Assembly (NCBI GenBank): GCA_030827365.1
Contig: JAUREO010000003.1
Location: 972 to 64,971 of the forward strand
Source of the DNA: Poseidonia sp.
GTDB taxonomy: Archaea; Thermoplasmatota; Poseidoniia; Poseidoniales; Poseidoniaceae
Direction of reading: 5' to 3'
DNA: 64,000 bases
Shown here: piece by piece, positions 30,918 through 40,312 of the stretch
Numbering within the stretch: position 1 is the stretch's first letter
How the letters are laid out: each line of letters opens with the position of its first letter
Notes under the pieces: model-generated
Databases searched by the model: none
What the model was told of the DNA's origin: nothing
The model's input: the letters and a program-made list of their open reading frames with translations, nothing else
Program-made: the position numbers and the translations under genes

Positions 30918-31484
30918 TCAGACCACGAGTTCGCCAGCTGCTGTGGCATCAATGGACAATGTTTCGTATGTTGTGCCACCGTTGTCAACGTGGAGGTACA
31001 TTTGAACCATACCGCCTACACCAACGCTTACTGCGTCACAGTTTGCTGCACCGCTTGCATCAATCACCAAAACATAACCAGTGTTAGGCTGGAGTGTTGT
31101 CACAGTCGTACCTCTATCACTCATGTCAAGAACATCAGCTGCTGCCAAAGTTCCTTCTTCAGGTGCTCCCCCGCAGAATAATTGGTAAGAAATTCCTGTA
31201 GCTGGAACTGATTCACTACCAGGGGAAAGTCGAGCAAATACTTCATAATCGGTAGCAGTTTGACCTACAACGACCATTGAAATCATCATCTTTCCTGCCA
31301 TGTCGTCAGCAGTATCATCACCAGTACGTTGAGCGTTCTGTTGAAGTTTCTCTGCAGTTTGAATAATCACTGCTGCTGCAACTGCTGCAACGAGAATGAG
31401 GGCAATAAAAACAATCATTGCACCGATACCGATGGCACCGAGTGTGTCTTGCTTTTCATTCTGGAGTTCATTGTTTGTCTTCAT
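30918..31484 (-). CDS. arlB: Archaellin
   Basis: Class III signal peptide and 'AIGIGAMIVFIALILVAAVAAAVIIQTA'. Confidence 0.95.
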   Translation of the reverse strand: MKTNNELQNEKQDTLGAIGIGAMIVFIALILVAAVAAAVIIQTAEKLQQNAQRTGDDTADDMAGKMMISMVVVGQTATDYEVFARLSPGSESVPATGISYQLFCGGAPEEGTLAAADVLDMSDRGTTVTTLQPNTGYVLVIDASGAANCDAVSVGVGGMVQMYLHVDNGGTTYETLSIDATAAGELVV

Positions 31485-32053
31485 ACGACCACCTCTCCAG
31501 CAGCAACTGACCCACCATATTGAAGTAATTCATAGGTAAAGCCTCCGGAACCTGCTTGAATCGCCAGCGTATCAAGTTGATTGGCAGCTGGTGCACAATT
31601 TCCAGTTGGGTCCAATACAACTTTGTATGTATCACCTGGCGTGATGGTTGTTGCATCGGTTGTCGATCCAACTAACCGAGCAGCAGTTGTAACTTCTCCA
31701 ACAGCGGTTGTTCCAAAGTCTCCATTTGAAACGCCGGCGGCTGCACCTGGGCAGATGATTTGGAATGCAATATCATCTGGGTCCAAGGCATCAGAACCTG
31801 GTGCCAATTCAAATGTGACATACAGGTCGCTATTTGTTACAATCACAATACTCAGCACTGTGATTCTACCAGCCATCATATCCGTTGTTTGCTCTCCGGT
31901 ATTTTGTGCGTTCTGTTGCAGTTTCTCAGCCGTCTGAATAATGACGGCTGCTGCCACGGCTGCTACAAGGATAAGCGCAATGAACACAATCATTGCACCT
32001 ATACCGATAGCCGCCATGTTGTCGCGGTTTTCGTTCGTTTTTTCGTTCTTCAT
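31481..32053 (-). CDS. arlB: Archaellin
   Basis: Same conserved N-terminal helix; ATGA overlap with the second archaellin. Confidence 0.95.
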   Translation of the reverse strand: MKNEKTNENRDNMAAIGIGAMIVFIALILVAAVAAAVIIQTAEKLQQNAQNTGEQTTDMMAGRITVLSIVIVTNSDLYVTFELAPGSDALDPDDIAFQIICPGAAAGVSNGDFGTTAVGEVTTAARLVGSTTDATTITPGDTYKVVLDPTGNCAPAANQLDTLAIQAGSGGFTYELLQYGGSVAAGEVVV

Positions 32054-32110
32054 TTTTTCACTTCCTTTTTTTGTGTTTTTTCCCCCTTTTCAAGGTGGAA
32101 TCTGATGTGG

Positions 32111-33010
32111 TCAAGCAGTACCTCCTCGACCGAGATGTATTGAGAGCGGGAATCGAAGCGTTGCCAATTCATCTGGTTGCAATCTTGGGATGAATGGTAT
32201 TTCTTCGGCGGTGAATCCAGGTGGAAGCCAAGGTTGAATCAAAATATCACTAAGGGGTTCCATCGACCTATTTTGTGCTTGAACGGTGACTGTAATTTCG
32301 CCAGACCTCATTTCGTAGGCTGTCGTAATTGCAAGTTTTCTCGACAATGGAATTTCATCGGTACGACCTTCAGGTCGGATTTCAAATCGAATCGGAACAT
32401 TGCCACCAGGGCCGATGATGGGGAGGTCAACACTTGATGGGTTTGAAGTCCAACCATCCGGTAAAGGAGGTGCCATGCGAAGCATTGGGAGAGGAATTGG
32501 ACCATCGTTGATGATTCGAACGAGTAAGTAACCCGCTTCTCCACCTGCTGGCCACACCGTTCGCACGCCCATCCAAAAATGCCTAAACAAAAATGGGTTA
32601 AGCGTCGATGAATTACCACCAATAAGTGATTCAAGTAGTTCCTCGACCTCGATTGCGGCTTCATCCACCTTGCCCTTTTCGGCCTCGTAGGAAGCGTCTC
32701 GGAGTTTGTGGAGAATGAGTTCTGCTTCATCAAGCGAAATATTCTTGTGAGCAAGAATTCTGTGAACCATCGCAATGTTTCGCCTGAGTTGGAGAACATC
32801 TTCCTCAAGTGTTCCAAGTCTATGTTCAGCACGGCGAATTCTCTTCTTTGCTCGAGTGAGTTGTTGAAGTCCGAGATATGTTCGTGCATCAAGAATATCA
32901 GATTCCGTTTCAGAAATGTTGTCTGTAAAATCTTCGCCTGTCAGCATGCTTGTGACAGATGAACCATCTAGGCTACGCTGAACGTCACGGAATATGTCTT
33001 TATCAGCCAT
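32111..33010 (-). CDS. Hypothetical protein: N-terminal coiled coil plus two Ig-like (NEW3/CARDB-like) beta domains
   Basis: 'VRIINDGPIPL...LPDGW' and 'VQAQNRSMEPLSDI...LPPGF'; no signal peptide; start overlaps the upstream stop. Confidence 0.75.
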   Translation of the reverse strand: MADKDIFRDVQRSLDGSSVTSMLTGEDFTDNISETESDILDARTYLGLQQLTRAKKRIRRAEHRLGTLEEDVLQLRRNIAMVHRILAHKNISLDEAELILHKLRDASYEAEKGKVDEAAIEVEELLESLIGGNSSTLNPFLFRHFWMGVRTVWPAGGEAGYLLVRIINDGPIPLPMLRMAPPLPDGWTSNPSSVDLPIIGPGGNVPIRFEIRPEGRTDEIPLSRKLAITTAYEMRSGEITVTVQAQNRSMEPLSDILIQPWLPPGFTAEEIPFIPRLQPDELATLRFPLSIHLGRGGTA

Positions 33011-36000
33011 CGATATCACCTTCATCAATATCGTGCTCTGATTCATTTTCTGCAACTGATTCAAGTTTCGACGCAGCATCTAAGGTTGGCTTTGGCTTGT
33101 TTGCTGGCTCAAAGAATTTCTCAAAGTCGATTCCATCGTCTGCAAGTTCATTGAGCAATCGTGCAGGATCTCGAAGGTCACGGTCCAGACGAACCGATTT
33201 GACCTCAACATCAGTAAGACGACCATACAAGTTGCCGTAAATCTTGTCTGACCTGCGTAACAAATACCAGACACCAAATACGACAAAGAGGAAGTAAGCA
33301 CCCAAGAAACCGAGATTTCTGTTGTCATCAGGCAATTGTGGAGGCACCCCGAGAATTACTGCGTACAATCCGAGAATTGGGAGAGCCAAGATAAGAGTTA
33401 ATTGTCGTCGGCCATCTTTCAAGGCTTGGAAATGGTCCGCATATACCGTAGCATTACCCTTTCTCGCACGTTGATAATCTTCATGGATGAGTCGGAATTC
33501 TTCACCACTCTTCCAAGCCGAACGCCAAATCCAGATTGCGGATAGAGCAAGTATCCCATAACCGTAATATTCAATGTTCATGAGATAGAATGCAAATCCA
33601 AGTGCAAGTACGGTTGCATAAGTTGAGAAATGACCCCACTGTTCAGATTGTGTTTTCAACCTTGAAAACACGAAGGCGAGAACCATCAATGCGATGAAGG
33701 CTCCAAAAGCTATAGCTACATCAGGTGATGCTGAAATTCTGTCTACGTTTTCGAGTCGAATCTTATCATTTTTGACGACATTTCCTTCCATTTGGAACCC
33801 AGTGAGGCTCGCCTGACAATCGATTGGGGCGATGGTTTCGTACCAATTCATGGTATGTGGAATAATAATCCATTCAACTGTAATGACATCTGAATCATTG
33901 AGGATTGGAATGATGTCAGCTTCAGTTATGACGTCAGCAGCATCACAAGTGAGTGTTGGTAGAACACCAATGGCTTGTGCAGTTCCGAAATTTACGATTA
34001 CAGCAGATACTATGACTTCTTTTCCTTCCATAGCACCAAGGTCATTGTCGATTGATATTGATTGATAGCCAGGGTCTGCACTATCATCGAGTTTAAACGT
34101 GAAGATGTCACTATCGAAAACAGAGTAACCGGCGTTTTCATTTGGATGGTACAACCTAAATTCCAAATTCCATCCATCGCCAGAAAGAAGATTTGGTCGG
34201 TTTGGTGGATTTATGATCACCTTGAATGAATCTGTGGCGTATGGGTTGATCGGTGGAAGAGTGACTCTGTTGTCTTCACCGAGTGAGGCTGATGGCGAAC
34301 ATCGTGCAGTCAAATCAAGGGGGAATAATTCTCCATCGACATCGAGAGTAAACGTCCAAGGGTAGTGTGATTCGTTAAGATTTAAATCATCCAAATCAAT
34401 AAGCCTGTTTGAACTACACAACTCAATTTCATATTCAACCGTTAGGGCTACACCTGAAGGGATGTGAGAGTAGCGAAGCAACCTTTCAACATCATTGTTT
34501 CCAACAGGGGAGAAAATCTCTTGTTGTCGCTCAAAGAACCTTGACATCGATAATGTTGTGAATTGCTGGCCGCTTCCAGTTACTCCAGACTCTGATGGTG
34601 TCACCGTTAGAACAAGTTCTGCTGCATCAGTAAGGTCTGGCTCTAGTTCAGTGGAAATAATCGAAAATGCCAATGTCACAGGGAAATCCTTAGGCAAAAA
34701 CAAACTTTCAGGTGCATCTGCGCCAAGTTGGAATTGGGTTGATGGTGTTGAAAGACCAGCCTCAAATAATCCATAATCAATGTCGACTGAAACATCTTTG
34801 TTTCCCTTGTTCGTGATAACTACGTTCCAAGTTCGTGTGTCTCGAGCATTAAATTCCACTTCACTCGGCCAATTTGCAAATTCAGGAATAAACTTGGGTG
34901 CAATGATGACTTCTATTGTCTCTTGGTCCAAGACAAAATCTTCGTCTCCTTTGAATGCAGTGAGTGTAATTGTATGGGATGCACCATTCAACATGGATTC
35001 AGAACCATCGTATCCTGGTATTGTCATGACAAACGAGCCAGCAAAAACTTCTTCAATGGACAGAGGAATGTTTTGAACATCATCATCTATTTCCCAATCA
35101 TCCGAATGATTGATTTCAAGACGAACATTTTCTGCTAAATTGCCTAGATTTGTAATGTTGAATGTTATTTCCTCTTGCGTTCCCGGAATGACTGCAATTT
35201 GGGTAATGTCAGGGTCAATATCAATTCCATGGTTCTCAGAAATATTCGCAATGATGTCGGCGGATACGTTCAATCCACTTGCTGGAGATTCAACCCATAG
35301 GGTTGCTTTGTACTCAATGTCTGCACGAGCGGTTGAGGATGCTGTGAGGCGTATCTTCACCGTTGAATCAAAGCCAGAACCTACAAGCACTGAATCGGAT
35401 GTTTCGATTTCAAAACTCACCTCATCGCTTGATGAATCGTCGAGCCATAAATTGAACAATGTTTGAGTGTTTCCTGTGTTGCTAATCTTTACCCTTGTCA
35501 CGACTGATTCGCCGACGGAGAGATTGACGAGTTGGCTGGAAGGGTCGACTTCGAGATCAATAGATTCTTTGACAATAAATTCCACTGCGTGAGAACTAAT
35601 GTACTGTCCTGTATTCAAGTTTTCAACCACGATGGTGACATGTTCAATCGAATTCGCAGGTGCGTCTTCAGCGGGTGTGACGGTGATAGGGAATGTGGAG
35701 ATATGATTGTCCTCGATGTCGGGATAATCAGCAACAGCAGCACGAACGTTTGACAAATTCATGATTTGTAAGACGGAGCCGTTTGCAAAAGACCCGGTCC
35801 AATCAAGTGGCAATTCATCGACAAGGGTGAGTCTGTAACTTGTTTGATTGTTTCCAAAGTTTGCAAGTTCAACATCGAATGTATTTGCCTCTCCAACATT
35901 GACTTCAAACGGTGAGGATTGCAAGATTTCGACTTCATCTACGGCTGGTATGTGAATTCGTACAACAGTATCAATGTCTGAGGCTTCGATACCTGCAGGG

Positions 36001-37907
36001 AATCCTGCTCCGAGGGTTGGAGTGGTCGTGACTGGTATTTCGAGTACTCCAGCTACTGGGTAATCACTTGCAGGTCCTTGAATACCGATGCTTGCGAGGT
36101 AAATCTCACTTAGAGTCATATCGGTAAAAATTGAAGGGGAAGGGGGCGGTATTGACCATCGGTCTTTCTCATCTGCACCACCTGTTGAGGCAGTTTCAAA
36201 GACAATGTCGCCAATAGTAACCGTCGAATCGATGGTTCCATCCAAATTTGTGATGAGGTTATGACGTGCTTGAATTTCAAGATCTAATATGATATCAACG
36301 CCCTGACCTTGTTTTGCTTGCTTAACTTCTTCGGGAGTGAGATAAACATCGGTCGTTTCAATTCCTGGGTCTACAGTCAGTACTGGTTTGATTTCCAAAG
36401 GTGATGAATCTTGGTGCGGAACGCCTCCTTGGGCTGCGGTTGCCATCACCCAAACCGAAAGAACATCACCAGCACGATTGTATTCGCTTGGATTGATTGG
36501 CTTCTTGATGGGAGGTGGCGTAACCTCCACTGAAACAATGACCTCGCCGTTGGTGGGTACTGTAGCCGTTTCTTGGGCAGTTAATTCGATGTTCCAGTTC
36601 ACTGCAGGAGCAGAGAGGCCTGCAGTGAGCAAAAACGTGGTAGGTGTGTTTCCAGTGTTGTTAATGGTCACATTCACCGTTGATGGTTTGCCTGGAATAA
36701 GCATCGTTACGGTTGAGGGCATTGTGACGAGTACGCCATACGATTCACCGGCCATGACTTTCGTGGTTACTTGAATGGTGTAAGTAGGGTCGGTCAACGA
36801 AGTAAATGTAACCGTCACGGATTCCACTTCACTGCGTGCTGCTGTCAAAGGAACTGAAACAGGAATATCTACTGTGGTTGAGGATGAAAAAGTACCCGTG
36901 CTTCCTGGAGAGGTGCCGACCCAACCCAAAACATCTGCGACATCAATGTTGAAATTATCAGAGTCCCCAATGTTTTGAAGCATGTACGTGAGTGTTGTTG
37001 TCAATCCTGGTTCGGTGGTTCGGTCTTGGGCTGGAGTAATGACCACGGCGAGATTTGAAAAGGTCACATTAATTTCAAGCACTGTAATCGATTCAACAAC
37101 TAGGCCGTTGTCTAGTTTGAGTGTGAGGGTTAAATTCCAGTCACCGACAAACGAAGCCCCAGTGAAATCATACGACGCAGAAAGCGTTTTCGTAACTTGA
37201 GGTAGGCCGGAGTGGACATCGTAAAGACTACGTGGGCCCATGTTTTCTTGTCCGGATAAGAACGTCAATGGTGATCCTGCACCGTAAGGGGTGAGTGTTG
37301 CTTCGAGTTCTGCGGTAAATGTATCGACACCTTGGTTGGAAATTGATATGTTGAAATAATTCAAGTCTTTTGAAATTCTTGCTGTTGTTTCACCGGGGTT
37401 GACCGAAGGTAATGGGTTTGCCAATTGTTCGGAAAACGAGGCATCAACATAATCAACCACATCGAAGAAGAGGCTTTGTTCATTGTCTGATAAATCTGAA
37501 TCCGCAACAGAGTCGATTCGAGCGATAAGGGTTTGGCCATTGCCCAATGTACCAGTCCATGAGAACACAATCGGCGAGGTTGTTGCGCCAGCAGCGAGGT
37601 TGGAAACAGAATGAGTGCCCTTCTGAACTGGGTCCGCTGAAGGAGACCCTTTGTGGAGAAGTCGAAGCGTCCCTGAACCTTCAAGACCTCCTTTGTTCTT
37701 GACGATGACGACAACAGAATGAGTGGCACCATCTTGGACTAGATTGTGCGTTCCATTGTTGATAGAACCAGCATTGTCAAGCGAAATCAATTGGACACTT
37801 AGGTTAGGTGAAGAACGAGCTTGGGTTGTTGAAGGTGTAGCCAAGGGAGTTGCAAGGGATAGCAAAAACAGACCGATGAGGAAATAGGTCACTGAACGCT
37901 TATGCAC
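33003..37907 (-). CDS. Giant secreted Ig-like (CARDB/NEW3) repeat protein with C-terminal multi-pass membrane domain
   Basis: GTG start and signal peptide 'YFLIGLFLLSLATPLA'; repeated 'I.N.GN' modules; about 5 C-terminal TM helices; acidic tail. Confidence 0.85.
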   Translation of the reverse strand: MHKRSVTYFLIGLFLLSLATPLATPSTTQARSSPNLSVQLISLDNAGSINNGTHNLVQDGATHSVVVIVKNKGGLEGSGTLRLLHKGSPSADPVQKGTHSVSNLAAGATTSPIVFSWTGTLGNGQTLIARIDSVADSDLSDNEQSLFFDVVDYVDASFSEQLANPLPSVNPGETTARISKDLNYFNISISNQGVDTFTAELEATLTPYGAGSPLTFLSGQENMGPRSLYDVHSGLPQVTKTLSASYDFTGASFVGDWNLTLTLKLDNGLVVESITVLEINVTFSNLAVVITPAQDRTTEPGLTTTLTYMLQNIGDSDNFNIDVADVLGWVGTSPGSTGTFSSSTTVDIPVSVPLTAARSEVESVTVTFTSLTDPTYTIQVTTKVMAGESYGVLVTMPSTVTMLIPGKPSTVNVTINNTGNTPTTFLLTAGLSAPAVNWNIELTAQETATVPTNGEVIVSVEVTPPPIKKPINPSEYNRAGDVLSVWVMATAAQGGVPHQDSSPLEIKPVLTVDPGIETTDVYLTPEEVKQAKQGQGVDIILDLEIQARHNLITNLDGTIDSTVTIGDIVFETASTGGADEKDRWSIPPPSPSIFTDMTLSEIYLASIGIQGPASDYPVAGVLEIPVTTTPTLGAGFPAGIEASDIDTVVRIHIPAVDEVEILQSSPFEVNVGEANTFDVELANFGNNQTSYRLTLVDELPLDWTGSFANGSVLQIMNLSNVRAAVADYPDIEDNHISTFPITVTPAEDAPANSIEHVTIVVENLNTGQYISSHAVEFIVKESIDLEVDPSSQLVNLSVGESVVTRVKISNTGNTQTLFNLWLDDSSSDEVSFEIETSDSVLVGSGFDSTVKIRLTASSTARADIEYKATLWVESPASGLNVSADIIANISENHGIDIDPDITQIAVIPGTQEEITFNITNLGNLAENVRLEINHSDDWEIDDDVQNIPLSIEEVFAGSFVMTIPGYDGSESMLNGASHTITLTAFKGDEDFVLDQETIEVIIAPKFIPEFANWPSEVEFNARDTRTWNVVITNKGNKDVSVDIDYGLFEAGLSTPSTQFQLGADAPESLFLPKDFPVTLAFSIISTELEPDLTDAAELVLTVTPSESGVTGSGQQFTTLSMSRFFERQQEIFSPVGNNDVERLLRYSHIPSGVALTVEYEIELCSSNRLIDLDDLNLNESHYPWTFTLDVDGELFPLDLTARCSPSASLGEDNRVTLPPINPYATDSFKVIINPPNRPNLLSGDGWNLEFRLYHPNENAGYSVFDSDIFTFKLDDSADPGYQSISIDNDLGAMEGKEVIVSAVIVNFGTAQAIGVLPTLTCDAADVITEADIIPILNDSDVITVEWIIIPHTMNWYETIAPIDCQASLTGFQMEGNVVKNDKIRLENVDRISASPDVAIAFGAFIALMVLAFVFSRLKTQSEQWGHFSTYATVLALGFAFYLMNIEYYGYGILALSAIWIWRSAWKSGEEFRLIHEDYQRARKGNATVYADHFQALKDGRRQLTLILALPILGLYAVILGVPPQLPDDNRNLGFLGAYFLFVVFGVWYLLRRSDKIYGNLYGRLTDVEVKSVRLDRDLRDPARLLNELADDGIDFEKFFEPANKPKPTLDAASKLESVAENESEHDIDEGDIDG

Positions 37908-38340
37908 TGGCACTACCCCCTGGTTGGTTTGGGTCTTGGAAACTTTCAATGGTGACTTTTCGTCCCTGCCTCTTCCACAAGATGAGTAACTGCTCGAGAA
38001 GCCTGTCATGAACAGTTTGGCTGATGCCAAGGCGGCGACGCTCTTCCCAAAGCAACATCTGTTCCGTCTTCGTAAGAAGTGCATCTCTTAGATAGAGTTC
38101 CAAGGTTCGTCTGTACGAATCTCGATCCGAAATAGCGTAAACGATTTCATTGCCTGGGCATTGGTCTGCTTGGTTTTGCAATATATTGCCGAGAATCAAT
38201 GCTTCGTCGTACGAAAGATGCCTTTTGTCGAGTTCCAATTGTATTGCACTCGCGATTTCTTGAAGCCCGTGAGTTGTGTTGGCTTTCTGAATTTTCTTCA
38301 AATGACGTCGGGCGACTCTTGACATTCGTTGCCCGACCAT
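37900..38340 (-). CDS. Hypothetical protein with TerB-like helical motif
   Basis: 'YRRTLELYLRDALLTKTEQMLLWEERRRLGISQTVHDRL'; TTCAAGA box 30 nt upstream of ATG 38340. Confidence 0.7.
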   Translation of the reverse strand: MVGQRMSRVARRHLKKIQKANTTHGLQEIASAIQLELDKRHLSYDEALILGNILQNQADQCPGNEIVYAISDRDSYRRTLELYLRDALLTKTEQMLLWEERRRLGISQTVHDRLLEQLLILWKRQGRKVTIESFQDPNQPGGSASA

Positions 38341-38524
38341 ACTTCTCCCGTGAACATGGCAGTTCTTGAAAGAATCGGAAGGATTCGTTGGACAAAGTCA
38401 TTGTGAATATTTGTTATTTAAAATGAATATAAAGGTTCTATCGGCCATATTCACCTAAAAAATGATACAGTTTTTTGTGGAAATCAATACAATATCTTAT
38501 GAAATCGAGTCATTTGGTAAAAAC

Positions 38525-39004
38525 ATGCAAGAAACTGTTCATTTGGTCGAGGGCGACCAAGCACCATCATTCACAGCAACGGATAGTCAGGGTCATACAC
38601 ATGCTTTAACAGATTACTTGAGTGCAGGAAAGCATGTCATCATGTATTTTTACCCAAAAGATTCAACGCCAGGTTGCACCAAACAAGCATGTGACTTCAG
38701 GGATAATTTCGCAAGATTGAATTCCAATGATGCTGTTGTCTTTGGTGTCTCAAAAGACTCTCAGAAGTCTCATTCAAATTTCATCAAAAAACAAGAACTC
38801 AATTTTCCCCTCTTAATGGATGAAGATTTGTCTTTGCACCATCTCTTCGGCACATGGCGTAAAAAAATGAATTATGGAAGAGAATACATGGGGACTGCAC
38901 GTTCGACCTTTGTCATTTCTCCAGACGGTAGGATTTCATGGGCACGTTACAATGTAAAAGCAACTGGCCATGTCGATATGCTCCTTCGAGAATTACAATT
39001 TTGA
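38525..39004 (+). CDS. bcp: Peroxiredoxin (BCP/PrxQ)
   Basis: 'YFYPKDSTPGCTKQACDFRD', 'RSTFVI'. Confidence 0.95.
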   Translation: MQETVHLVEGDQAPSFTATDSQGHTHALTDYLSAGKHVIMYFYPKDSTPGCTKQACDFRDNFARLNSNDAVVFGVSKDSQKSHSNFIKKQELNFPLLMDEDLSLHHLFGTWRKKMNYGREYMGTARSTFVISPDGRISWARYNVKATGHVDMLLRELQF

Positions 39005-39014
39005 GTTGATTTGT

Positions 39015-39491
39015 GTGATTGATGAGCCCCTCCAAGGCAAAAAAATTGACCTTGGACAAGGTTCCTGTGCTTGGTGGCCATGCCATATCGGTAGCAGCAC
39101 AACGATTGGGAAGCAGGTATCGATTGGTGCCCTTGCTCACATCGGTCGGAATGTCAACATCGGTTCACAAACTCGAATTCAGGGTGGTGCTTACATCGCT
39201 GATACCACAAATATAGGCGAATCGGTCTTTATCGGCCCAAATGTTGTCATCCTTAATGATAAATATCCTCCCTCAAAAAACAGTACATTATGGGCACCAG
39301 TGCAAATTTCCTCTCATGCGGTCATCGGTGGAAATACCACGATTTTACCTGGGGTCATCATCGGCGAACAAGCGGTTATTGGGGCGGGTTCAACAGTCAC
39401 CAAATCTGTTCCTTCAAATGAGGTTTGGATGGGTAATCCTGCTCAATTTCACATGACACGACAAGATTATGAAAAGAGGCGAGGGGCATGA
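39015..39491 (+). CDS. Hexapeptide-repeat N-acetyltransferase (WbpD-like)
   Basis: Left-handed beta-helix repeats, 'FIGPNV..LND..P', 'GAGSTVTKSVP...GNPA'. Confidence 0.88.
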   Translation: MIDEPLQGKKIDLGQGSCAWWPCHIGSSTTIGKQVSIGALAHIGRNVNIGSQTRIQGGAYIADTTNIGESVFIGPNVVILNDKYPPSKNSTLWAPVQISSHAVIGGNTTILPGVIIGEQAVIGAGSTVTKSVPSNEVWMGNPAQFHMTRQDYEKRRGA

Positions 39492-40312
39492 TTGAGAAGG
39501 AAATCGTTGTTCGGTTCCTCCGACAGTGCAATGAATATGCATACAAATCAATTGCGAGGAAGAATGAGCGTGGAGAGACACAAGAAATTGGCCCATGGGA
39601 ATCCTACATAGAATTCAACCAACATTCTATCGATGAAATAGAATCTGGTGAACTTGACCATTGGTTTGAACATCATGTATCGCAAACCAGTCATGTAGCA
39701 ATTGATTTTGAAGGACTGGAACACCATGAAAGAAGTAAGTGGCTTTCAGCGCTTGTTTCACCTAGACCTTTATCGGTGTTTTCAACAAGACAAGGGAATG
39801 GCCAATGGAACCTTTCTGCCATCACGTCATGCATGCATGTTTCGACTTCCCCCCCATACATCATCGTATCATTATCAAAGCACAGAGACGGGGAGATAAG
39901 GGATACTTTACTTCATTTAAGAACGTCAAAACATGGAACCTTGAACTTCTTTCAAGGACAACAAGAGGTTATACAACTTATCGAAACCGCAGCACGTCCG
40001 CTTCACTTTGAACAATCGGAAGCATCGACACTTGATCTTGAAGAGCAACCCGACGAAAATGGCCTTCTACCACGTGCTGTAGCTGCACTTGGAGTCGAGT
40101 TGGTCCAAGAGTATGAAATGCCTCAAGCCGTAGCAAAATTAGTTTTACTCAAAGTCAACAAAGTATGGTTTTCAATGCCTGAGGCTCCTGAACAGATTCC
40201 AAACATGTTGTGTCAACATGGACTCGATCGGATAGGCCGATTACTGACTTCTGAGCAAACCGTTATCGATACCCATTATGAGCCTCATCGTGCACCTGAC
40301 GACACTTCTTGA
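39488..40312 (+). CDS. Flavin reductase-like (DIM6/NTAB) protein with an extra N-terminal helical domain
   Basis: 'LVSPRPLSVFST...NLSAITS...PP...RDTL'. Confidence 0.7.
   Translation: MIEKEIVVRFLRQCNEYAYKSIARKNERGETQEIGPWESYIEFNQHSIDEIESGELDHWFEHHVSQTSHVAIDFEGLEHHERSKWLSALVSPRPLSVFSTRQGNGQWNLSAITSCMHVSTSPPYIIVSLSKHRDGEIRDTLLHLRTSKHGTLNFFQGQQEVIQLIETAARPLHFEQSEASTLDLEEQPDENGLLPRAVAALGVELVQEYEMPQAVAKLVLLKVNKVWFSMPEAPEQIPNMLCQHGLDRIGRLLTSEQTVIDTHYEPHRAPDDTS

Noticed and set aside
31330..32020. Direct repeat between the 5' ends of the two arlB genes
   Set aside because: Explained by the conserved archaellin N-terminal helix, with many synonymous differences.
32054..32090. Homopolymer runs upstream of arlB1 as a phase-variation site
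   Set aside because: Runs are only 5-7 nt; more simply an A-rich 5' leader.
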